Assembly (NCBI GenBank): GCA_964639945.1
Contig: CAZXHY010000002.1
Span: forward strand, 183 to 64,182
Direction: 5' to 3'
DNA: 64,000 nt
Source of the DNA: an uncultured Gammaproteobacteria bacterium
GTDB lineage: Bacteria; Patescibacteriota; Microgenomatia; UBA10105; UBA927
Shown: positions 47,786-57,400 of the stretch, piece after piece
Position numbering within the stretch: position 1 is the stretch's first letter
How the letters are laid out: the number at the start of each line of letters is the position of its first letter
Translations under genes and position numbers: made by a program
The notes under the pieces: generated by a model
Database searches by the model: none
Told to the model about the DNA's origin: nothing
The model's input: only the letters and a program-made list of their open reading frames with translations

Positions 47786-49408
47786 ATGCCATTTATCGCA
47801 TGGATCATTACAATGGTTTTCACTGCAGAAAACCTTTACCCCTATTTCGTAGGTCTCTGGCAAACACCAAGCGGTGCAGTATTTTTGGGAACCGTGCATC
47901 ACCCAAGTGATTACTTTTACTATGTATCACAATTTGCCCAAGGCGCTACGAGATGGATTACTACACTTGATCTGTATACAGCAGAATCTATAGGACCAAC
48001 GTTTGTGGGCTGGAGCAATGTGTTTCTGGGGCACATTCTAGCACTTTTTGGCACAAATCCATTCCAAAGCTACCACATCTCAATAGCACTATTATGCATC
48101 GCGTTATTTTTTGCGGCATTTCACCTTTCCAAAGAAGTGCTTGGTAGCAACAGACTAGCGGTAATCAGCCTATTCCTATTCGGCATATATCATGCGTTCC
48201 CTATACTGCGCGATGGACTACCCTCATATGGTGACTATTTCAACAACTTCGCCGTCCCTCGTGTCCGATTTGGAGCTGTTCCACATCAGCTACTTCTTGC
48301 CGTAGCGTCTATCTCTCTATCTTTTATCATGCTTCGGTGGCACAGGCAGAAAAATCGCTCGATACGACTCCTTATGGGGATCGTCATATCCAGCATAATT
48401 CTTGCAAGCTTACAACCCGCTCTATGGATAGTAATCATAGGAATTTTTGGTGTTACATCAACTATGTATGCATTGTCAAAAAAGGATAAAAGCGAAATAT
48501 TGAACACATTTATTTTCCCTATATTTATCGCGGGATTAGCTGGTATTTTACCTATTCTTTATCTCTCAAATCTCTTTGACTCACTTCCGTTTATACAACT
48601 CAGAACTTGGGAGGCCTCTCAGCAAACACGTTTCACTATCGGACATTTTATAAGCGCGACGGGACCAATATTTATTGGCGCCATAGCATCAATACCGTGG
48701 TTTCTGGTACAACGCTCGTACACTCAAGTATATGTGGTGTTATTTACGATGATTTCGTATGTATTATTTCTCTCCCCTATCCCAGCTATGCTCAATCTTT
48801 CTCACGTACGATTTATGTCTACACTGGCGATTTTATATCTATGCATCATCACAACCGTTGGGATAGAAAAATTATCGGAAATATTGGCATACTACCTACA
48901 TAAAGCATTCCCTCAAACGCGCCGTTTTCAGGCTCGTCATGTGACGCTATTTACGGTAATTTTACTTACGATATACCTTATCCCAAATCACCTACTCACG
49001 ATAAAATTAGCTAGTGAATTTAGTCCAACCAACGCGTATCACTACCTCGCACGAAACGAATATGAATTTCTTCTCAAAACCTCTAACACAAGCGATCCTG
49101 CCGATATATTTCTTGTCATTTGGCCATACAACTCGGTATTCCCAGCTATCACCGGTAGAAAAAGTTTTCATGGACACTCACTTCTGACCATAAACACAAT
49201 TCAAAAAGATGCGCAGGCAATACAATTTTTTGATAACAAAATGAACGACGAACAAGCACGGGCTTTCTTGCGGGACAATCGTATAACACAAGTCATAGCC
49301 TACTCATGGACCACTCTACCAAAAGGCCTTATGATACATACGGCGACAGGTGGCTCACTTTCGCTTTTTGCCGTAAATCAAGAGCACTTGAAACCCTATA
49401 GTAAATAG
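47786..49408 (+). CDS. Polytopic membrane protein (540 aa), GT-C-like; paralog of 35279..36871
   Basis: See 35279..36871. More than 12 TM helices. Confidence 0.6.
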   Translation: MPFIAWIITMVFTAENLYPYFVGLWQTPSGAVFLGTVHHPSDYFYYVSQFAQGATRWITTLDLYTAESIGPTFVGWSNVFLGHILALFGTNPFQSYHISIALLCIALFFAAFHLSKEVLGSNRLAVISLFLFGIYHAFPILRDGLPSYGDYFNNFAVPRVRFGAVPHQLLLAVASISLSFIMLRWHRQKNRSIRLLMGIVISSIILASLQPALWIVIIGIFGVTSTMYALSKKDKSEILNTFIFPIFIAGLAGILPILYLSNLFDSLPFIQLRTWEASQQTRFTIGHFISATGPIFIGAIASIPWFLVQRSYTQVYVVLFTMISYVLFLSPIPAMLNLSHVRFMSTLAILYLCIITTVGIEKLSEILAYYLHKAFPQTRRFQARHVTLFTVILLTIYLIPNHLLTIKLASEFSPTNAYHYLARNEYEFLLKTSNTSDPADIFLVIWPYNSVFPAITGRKSFHGHSLLTINTIQKDAQAIQFFDNKMNDEQARAFLRDNRITQVIAYSWTTLPKGLMIHTATGGSLSLFAVNQEHLKPYSK

Positions 49409-49428
49409 TATATACTCATTTTATACGT

Positions 49429-50205
49429 ATGGCATCCGAACAAAGGCCACAAATTCCAAATCCATACAAAGAAGTCAATTACAATGTTCGTATTGGCGCG
49501 CTCACCACTTCGGAAAAAATGGATCTTCTGGCCAATCTCTTTCTCAAACTTGAACATAAGCATCTTCGCGAGCCTCACCGAGTACCACAGGCCAAACCTG
49601 AAGCGAAAATCATGTTTTTGATCGGTGGACCAAAAAACGATGTAACCGAGGCTCGAGACTTTGACGGCAACTTGATTCACACCCGACATTTAAATCACCC
49701 ACGACCAATGTTTGCAGAAATTCCTGAAGCGCTCAACTCTATCTCTCACTGGTTTGATATGTTGGCAATAAGCAAAGAACCAGAAGGTAAACTCCCCTCA
49801 CCCGTCGCACCCATTAGCGAAGTGTCGGATGTTGTCTACAATATATCTCATTTACTCACACTTGACCCTAATTTTTATGACAACTACACGGTGTATCTCG
49901 ATCGCATCGCAGACTCATTAGGATTTAGCCTCGACCAACTCCTAACCGTCGCACTCTACAAATACAACTTTAGACTGGGACAGGGCAAGTCACAAAAAAA
50001 TATCATTGTCGAAAACTCTATGATAGAAAACCTCATGAGACAAACTCAACCAGATGGAAAACCATTTGTCCCAACCCCAAATGAGACACAATTTCAACAG
50101 ACATTTCACACGCTGTCTGAGGTGCAATCCATGTTAAAGACTAGGCTAGATCAACTCAGGCAAGCTGATGAATGGCGAAAAAACGCCCTCAAATCCACAG
50201 ACTAA
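49429..50205 (+). CDS. Hypothetical soluble protein (258 aa)
   Basis: Long ORF with no TM segment and no recognisable motifs. Confidence 0.5.
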   Translation: MASEQRPQIPNPYKEVNYNVRIGALTTSEKMDLLANLFLKLEHKHLREPHRVPQAKPEAKIMFLIGGPKNDVTEARDFDGNLIHTRHLNHPRPMFAEIPEALNSISHWFDMLAISKEPEGKLPSPVAPISEVSDVVYNISHLLTLDPNFYDNYTVYLDRIADSLGFSLDQLLTVALYKYNFRLGQGKSQKNIIVENSMIENLMRQTQPDGKPFVPTPNETQFQQTFHTLSEVQSMLKTRLDQLRQADEWRKNALKSTD

Positions 50206-50253
50206 CTCGAAGATCCCCTCGCATCAAAATCAAAATTTCCGTATGATACACGC

Positions 50254-52119
50254 ATGCGGAAAAATTCACTGCTTTACTGGTGTTTTGGCATAGCGATAGT
50301 ACTTCGCTTACTGCTTATTCTAAATCCGGGATTTGAGGCAGATATATCATTTTGGAAATCATGGGGACTGGCTACATACGACAAAGGGATAGTCGAGGGA
50401 ATGAAGGTGACAAACAACAATTACCCCACCCCATTTGCTTACATTTTAGGCTTCATGGTCACGGTATATAGCAAATTTGCCGATCCTCATAATTTTAATG
50501 AGTTTTGGAACAACACCAACTTACTATTTCTCACCATCAGCAAACTCGTGCCTATACTTGCTGACTTCGGTATAGCAACTTTACTACTTTTTATAGGAAA
50601 AAATACGAAAAAATTAGGCTTTCCTGACATTTCTTTCAAAATTTTTACGCTAACATTCTATGAGTTGGCTGCGATAGTGTATCTACTCTCGCCTCTCGCA
50701 CTGATCGATGGCGCATGGTGGGGACAAGTGGATGCGCTAGGGGTATGTATTTTCCTTACTGCGCTAATCCTCGCTCTCAAGCGTCAACCATTTTGGGCAG
50801 GAGCCATATTCATGCTGGCCATGATGACGAAGCTACAAAACATGATTTATGGACCAGTGTTTTTTCTATTTATATGGCAAAGTCTAGGCTTTTCTGGACT
50901 TGTACGTGCCATTGGCGGTGCATTAGTCAGTTTTTTGGGATTAAATATAGAGTTTCTCTTGGCACGAAATGCAGACCGTGTATTTGCTAGCCTCACCGAA
51001 AATTATGACTATTTCCCATGGATGAGTCTAAACGCATACAACCTCTGGTGGATCACAACTGCCGGACGCGGCATGATAACTTCCGACAAATTGTCGATAA
51101 TTGGCATAGTCAATGCGAAAACAGTCGGACTACTTGTCTTCTCGTCTCTTTATCTCTTTGCGGCACTTCGACAGTTCATCGTAGGCCTCCAAAACCCCCC
51201 TTCGCAAAACACTTCGGCCGGACGAGTCAGTACGATAAACCTTCGCAACCTCATCGAGTCACTCATCATCGTAAACGCTGCTTTCTTTCTCTTCCAAACA
51301 CAATCTCACGATCGCTATGCATTCCCATTATCGGTATTTCTGCTTCTATGGGCACCATTTTATATAGCAAAACACAATAATCACATCCAACACAGGCTGA
51401 GAATTTTCTCTTGGATGTATGCGATATTTACCTTTTTTTATTTCTATAACTTACATACGGCACTCGTAGCCAACTACCCAAACAATGGTATACCTATCCT
51501 TTCTGGACTCGCTCAGCCCATGTTTACCATCCCAACGTCATTTGTGCTATTGGGGTTATTTGGAGTATTCGTCTTGCATCTCGTACGCGACTCGCATATA
51601 TCAAAATATGTAGCTGCACTTTCCTGTATATTTGTCATATCGGCTCTGAGTATGCTCAATCGTCCACTGATTAGCCGTCAACCCGTAAGCCTTACCAAGA
51701 TAGCACCATTTGTGTATGAGCAAGGATACGGACGCCGACAAGTAAACAAATCAGTAAATAGCTACCTCGGTGGGCCAAACAAATGGAACAGGTTATCTGT
51801 GCAATACGTATTTTATCCCACTGGAATAGGTACTCATGCCAATTCACGCGACGTCTATGACATAAATAAAAAATTTACAAAATTTACCACAGACTTTGGC
51901 ATAGACACGGAAGCAGGCGCCAAAGCATCGGCTATATTTGAAATTTATGGTGACGACAAACTCCTCTTTCGTTCAGAAAAAATGGGCAGATATACTATGC
52001 CCGCTCACGCTGAGGTAACAGTAAAAGGAGTGCGACATCTGAAATTAGTTACAACCGATGCGGGTGACGGTATTTTCGACGACCACACTGATTGGCTAAA
52101 TCCAACACTGTGGCCATAA
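50254..52119 (+). CDS. Polytopic GT-C-like membrane protein with a C-terminal NPCBM-like putative carbohydrate-binding domain
   Basis: N-terminus: about 12 TM helices with the acidic motif PGFEADISFW. C-terminus: GIDTEAGAKASAIFEIYGDDKLLFRS...VTTDAGDGIFDDHTDWLNPTL, matching the D-H-x-D-W ending of NPCBM/NEW2 domains. Confidence 0.6.
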   Translation: MRKNSLLYWCFGIAIVLRLLLILNPGFEADISFWKSWGLATYDKGIVEGMKVTNNNYPTPFAYILGFMVTVYSKFADPHNFNEFWNNTNLLFLTISKLVPILADFGIATLLLFIGKNTKKLGFPDISFKIFTLTFYELAAIVYLLSPLALIDGAWWGQVDALGVCIFLTALILALKRQPFWAGAIFMLAMMTKLQNMIYGPVFFLFIWQSLGFSGLVRAIGGALVSFLGLNIEFLLARNADRVFASLTENYDYFPWMSLNAYNLWWITTAGRGMITSDKLSIIGIVNAKTVGLLVFSSLYLFAALRQFIVGLQNPPSQNTSAGRVSTINLRNLIESLIIVNAAFFLFQTQSHDRYAFPLSVFLLLWAPFYIAKHNNHIQHRLRIFSWMYAIFTFFYFYNLHTALVANYPNNGIPILSGLAQPMFTIPTSFVLLGLFGVFVLHLVRDSHISKYVAALSCIFVISALSMLNRPLISRQPVSLTKIAPFVYEQGYGRRQVNKSVNSYLGGPNKWNRLSVQYVFYPTGIGTHANSRDVYDINKKFTKFTTDFGIDTEAGAKASAIFEIYGDDKLLFRSEKMGRYTMPAHAEVTVKGVRHLKLVTTDAGDGIFDDHTDWLNPTLWP

Positions 52120-54440
52120 TGCATATGAAACATATAGAAAAATATCTTGGTATTGCGCTCCTTATATTTGCGTTAGGGTTTAACTTCTGGACGTATCGAT
52201 CCGAGCCTTCTGCGAGGTTAGATCCCAACGACAACACCTTCCAATTTGCCCTCGTCGACCGAACCAACCAAATTTGGGACTATGCAAACACGCATTGCAA
52301 AAGCATTTTTCCAACAAACCTCTTCTGCAAAATTTCTCTGCTAACCGATCATTGGGTACCCAACTGGGCAGAGGGATATAACCTTCCCTATTACTACTCT
52401 CATATTCCACAAATTGCCATCGTCGCCTCATACAGACTTTTCCAAACTATTTTTCAAACACAACTATTACTATTTAGTTTCTATCACCTCAGCATATTTA
52501 CGCTGCTGTGCATATTTCCATTATCGCTATTTCTAGCATTACGAATTATTGGATTATCTTGGATAGCAAGTGGCATAGGGGCCACAATCGCCTCTCATCT
52601 TTCTACCGATGGTTTGTATGGACTAGATCCTGCGTCATTTTTATGGCGAGGATTCGGCCTCTCCAGCCAGCTTTTTGCCATGATATGGTTTCCACTGGCT
52701 ATCGCTACAGCTTGGAGATGCTTAAAAACACCTTCTGGTGATGTAAATGCCAAAGCTGTACTCGTGCCAATTTTGTTTCTAGCCGCAACAACAGCGGGTC
52801 ATTTGGGTATAGGCATCATCGCATTTATAACGATTGGCATGCTTTATCTGAGTCCACTACTGTTATCTTTCCTCACCCACTCCATCGACAAGACTATTCT
52901 AGATACCCTAAAAACCAACATGGTAAAACTGATCATAATGTTTACCGGAGTCGGATTACTTCTGGGGTACTGGATTGTTCCCATACTCAAGGACAGCAAC
53001 TATCACAACATATCTGTATGGGATCCAATATGGAAATTCGATTCATATGGATACCGCGAGGTGTTAAAAAACCTCTTTAATGGTGACATATTTGATTTTG
53101 GGCGCTTCCCAACGCTCTCCATACTCGTAGTAGTTGGAATATTTGTCGCCCTCCATAGTCCGCTATCAGGATTCTATCCATTCGCCTTTCTTTTGATCTT
53201 CTGGGTATTACTCTACTTTGGACGAACTACATGGGGTGGACTCATAGATATCATCCCAGGCATGAAAGAATTTCATATCTCTCGTTTCATCGTAGGAGTA
53301 CATATGAGTGGATTATTCCTCATTCCCCTTGTAGCAGAGTGGATAATCACAAAAACGCACAAAACAACCCGAGTCGCTGTCGGAATACTATGTAGCGTGA
53401 TCATCGTATTGGCGGTATACCCACAAACCCTCCGATACGCCAAACATAATGATTTTCTCATCGACCGAGCCAACACCAACTACAAACCCATAGCGTCAGA
53501 CAGTGACAATTTGATCCAGACACTCAAAAATAAACTCGTCACAAACTCTGGGCGTGTCTATTTTGGACGGGGTGGAAACTGGGGCAAGAACTTCCGAGTC
53601 GCAGAAACCCCCTACTATCTCTACGCATCGACTTTTGGCATCCCTACTGTACTTTGGCTACCTCAAACATGGTCACCAAACTCTGATACAGAACAATTTT
53701 TTAGCGATAACCGTGAGAGCGACTACACCCTCTACAACGTGCGATATGTCGTAACACCACCAGATCTAGGCAAAGCCGAAATCCAACCCTTCTGGAAGCC
53801 TCTGGCGGCAGGACATACATGGAAATTATATGAGGTGGAGACAGATGGATATATCACTAGTGGCATTCGTCCGGTAATCGTCAGCGTTGACAAAGAAACA
53901 TATATAAATCTAGTCCATCTTTGGATAACCTCTGACGCTCCTAAAATAGGATTATACCCTGAGCTTACTTTTGACAAAAACTATCCTAAAAAAACTGGTT
54001 TTCCTAATTTTCGAATGATCGACAACGTAACCTATACAACTCCTTCTGGAGGAACACAAAATCTTTTTGCAGATCAACCAATCTACGGAGCTTCACAAAA
54101 GTGCAACAAGATAGATAATGTAATCATACTTTCTCAAAAATCTACATCTGACATGATATTTGAGGCAAAAGTAAAGGCGGAACGAGATTGTCCAGATTCG
54201 CTTGTTGTATTACGTCAGACGTATCACCCATCATGGCATGCGACTATTGATGGAAAACCTGCAAAAACAATAAGTGTATTCCCTTTTTACACAGCTGTTG
54301 TTGTAGAAACTGCAGGAAATCACACCATTCAATTCGCCTATAAACCTTCAGTGATCAAACAGACACTGCTCATTCTCGCTTTTATATCTATAGGACTTCT
54401 TTTTGGATACCTCTTTTATAAAAAAGACTCGTCACAATAG
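52092..54440 (+). CDS. YfhO-family polytopic membrane protein (782 aa; start possibly at nt 52119, overlapping the upstream stop as TAATG)
   Basis: The C-terminal motif YHPSWHATIDGKPAKTISVF...FAYKP, followed by a final TM helix, matches the YfhO C-terminus. The same motif occurs in 38506..40623. Confidence 0.65.
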   Translation: MAKSNTVAIMHMKHIEKYLGIALLIFALGFNFWTYRSEPSARLDPNDNTFQFALVDRTNQIWDYANTHCKSIFPTNLFCKISLLTDHWVPNWAEGYNLPYYYSHIPQIAIVASYRLFQTIFQTQLLLFSFYHLSIFTLLCIFPLSLFLALRIIGLSWIASGIGATIASHLSTDGLYGLDPASFLWRGFGLSSQLFAMIWFPLAIATAWRCLKTPSGDVNAKAVLVPILFLAATTAGHLGIGIIAFITIGMLYLSPLLLSFLTHSIDKTILDTLKTNMVKLIIMFTGVGLLLGYWIVPILKDSNYHNISVWDPIWKFDSYGYREVLKNLFNGDIFDFGRFPTLSILVVVGIFVALHSPLSGFYPFAFLLIFWVLLYFGRTTWGGLIDIIPGMKEFHISRFIVGVHMSGLFLIPLVAEWIITKTHKTTRVAVGILCSVIIVLAVYPQTLRYAKHNDFLIDRANTNYKPIASDSDNLIQTLKNKLVTNSGRVYFGRGGNWGKNFRVAETPYYLYASTFGIPTVLWLPQTWSPNSDTEQFFSDNRESDYTLYNVRYVVTPPDLGKAEIQPFWKPLAAGHTWKLYEVETDGYITSGIRPVIVSVDKETYINLVHLWITSDAPKIGLYPELTFDKNYPKKTGFPNFRMIDNVTYTTPSGGTQNLFADQPIYGASQKCNKIDNVIILSQKSTSDMIFEAKVKAERDCPDSLVVLRQTYHPSWHATIDGKPAKTISVFPFYTAVVVETAGNHTIQFAYKPSVIKQTLLILAFISIGLLFGYLFYKKDSSQ

Positions 54441-54447
54441 CCCAAAA

Positions 54448-57400
54448 CTAATGAATCAAGACGAAATACTTCTCTTGATCTACGTATTTAAAAATACCTT
54501 CCCATGTCTCGTAATCAAGTGGCTGAGATGATGTTTGAAACGCATTTAACCCGTTTAGGTTCGCCATCCAATCATTTATTGGGTCTTTTATACCAATTTC
54601 AGAATCGATCCCTTGTGTAATCAATTGATCTTCTAATTGATCTTTCAAACTCACAGACCACAACATCTCAGGTGGAATGAGAATTTGCACCGCTTGACCA
54701 GTCTCGTTAGCACCCACAAGCCCCATATACATAAGCTTATTTGTTCCACCATATTGATTTGACCTCATAAAGTTTTTTGCCATAGACTCAGTGAGATTTG
54801 TATTTCCTTTATAGGAATACCCCACAAACGACGTGGTGTAATCGAACGGCCACAAGATACGCATAGCGTTCTCGTATTCACTTATTCCCTGATTTGGCGT
54901 TGTCATAAACCGCACCTCACCATTTTCTTCAACTAGCCACGGTGTTACCACTTGGCTATGTATCTGAGTTAGGAAATCAGGTTGCGCAACTCCATTTAGT
55001 TTGTTTAATTGGGCATCAGGAATATTGGTAGCGAGATATTGTATATACACAGGGTCATTTAATGATTTCCCCATTCGCGCGTAGGCAGCTAGTACTGCAT
55101 CCCAATCAGAAAAATCAACAATTGCGCCCTGTTCGATAGGATCTATAATTATCGCAGGAAGAATCTCTCCATCTTTCTCCAAATGAAGAAATGCAATTAA
55201 CTCTGGATCAGACGTAAAATACAGCAATCGTCCGTCCTCATCTTTACGAATTTCCCACTCAACATCACCTACTACAAACGAATAATGCATATTGTAATCC
55301 CATTTTCCTTGTAGCTGTTTACATGCTTCATCTCCTTGCATCAAGGCAGTGAGCGCTTCTTTGGCCATTTGTGGATTCACATCACCGCGATCTATATCAT
55401 GAAATGCAGCATATATTACTGGTTTACATGCCTCAGAGACATATTCATTCATAAGCTCTTTACCTAACACCGCAATCCATCGAGTATTCCAGTCACCCAA
55501 TACTAATTGAGATATCGCCACGTACAACAATGCCCTATCGACCCGAATACATTTTGGAAATTTACACCCTTCAGGACCCGCCCCCTTCTTCGACATCACA
55601 AACCGAACACCCGTGCGACGCGTTATTTCCTTTTGTATTCCTTCTCGAAAACTCACGTTATCTCGAATCTCCCTAGCAAGCGCATTGCGCGACATAAAAA
55701 TAGGTGCGCATGTAGGATCCCCACCCATTGCGTAGACCTTTTTAACAAATGGATTGAAAGAAAAACATCCATCATTTTTTATACTTTGAATTACAATCTG
55801 TATACCTGTGTGATTAGCCTCATTTTTTGTAGCTGAGGAAATAACTGGACGATTTCTTTGTAAGAGAATCTCAAATATATTCTCATCCGACGCATATCGA
55901 CTCGTCCACAAGTCTACCACCTCGTGGTATACGCTTTTCCAGATAAAAGAACTTAAGGTTTGTGCAAATTGACAGATACCACTCACACGATTTTGACCAC
56001 TAAGACTTTGGGCGTAAACTTTGGTAACAAAACCAACACTTCCTCCATCACACACTGCGCCTGTAACCCTATCTATAACCGATTTCGCCACTTCCTCTAA
56101 TTTATTTTCGGGTATTTCCTGCTCTCCTAGAGACTGTAGCAAGCTGTGTTCTTCTACATCCTGTGGTTTAAAAAACTCTGGATGACTCACGCGAATATCA
56201 GAAAGCTTACCCACAACGTGGACTCCCAATTGATCATTAGGAGTCAGATCCACAACGGTTGCATCAGAAAATCCATGCACACTCATGTAATACATAAGCA
56301 TCTGTATCCCCTGAGTTGTACCTCCGACGGTCCATATATTGTTTGTTCCATGAATAATTTTAGCGCTCGTCATAGGCTCAACGAGCCCAGATTTTTGCAG
56401 AAGCACGTTATGCGCATTGGTTTCTTTAGTCCAGAGCAACCTGCCGTCGTTCGTAATAATTCCAATAAATTGTTGACCTGAAACCCCTGCATACCGAACC
56501 TCAGTCACAGCAGCGTTCATGTAGGATAACTTTTGTTTTAGATCTAACGTCGTGTATGAAATTTCAGGTGTGGGTAAACCAAAACTATAGACCCCAGCTT
56601 TCAAATCGTCATTAAGGGTTTTACGATCAATAACAAACCGTGTTCCTTCATTTCTAACAAACACTAAACGACTTGCTGATACGGCACCTACTAACAAATC
56701 CTCGTCACCAATATCTAAATGTTGGATAAAAGTATCACCTACCAAATAGACAAAATCGTCCGAAGTTCCTGCTAGTTCGCCGAGCGTTGTGTTGGTTATC
56801 TTTTGGTTTGATCCTATACCCAATTCCAGCCGGACAATGGTTCCTGCTTCAAATTCCAAACGTATGAGCCGAGTAGCCAACTCTTGGGTATTCGTAAACG
56901 ATTCATCAGGAATGCTAACAGTGAGGCCTTCTCGAGAATTAAACAGATAAATATTCCCACGTATTTCATGCTGAGGTTGAGTAGATGTAAATTTTATTGG
57001 GTAGGAGAGGAATACCTGTGGAATTTGGGCGTACGGATTGACAATATCGTCTAACTTCCCCGCTGCTACATCAGCAAGTGTCAAATTTTCTTGTCGTTCA
57101 CGATCTCGGAAAGAGAATCTCCAATTAGGATAAGCTCCCTCTTGGAGAAGCACGCGAACAGCATAATCTGCCAGCGTGCGTCGCATTTTTGGTGTCATCC
57201 GCCCGTTATCCACTCTATCAATACCAAGCTCGCCCCTATCCACTATAACGGCTATATAATCACTCTCATTACCTCCTATAGAATTCACGATCGTTTGATG
57301 AGCCGTATTGAATGTCCTACCCAAAATAACGCCTTGGGTAGAATCATGCATATTGATTACTGCTCGAAATGTAGAAATAGGATCCTGCAGGAAATCTCGA

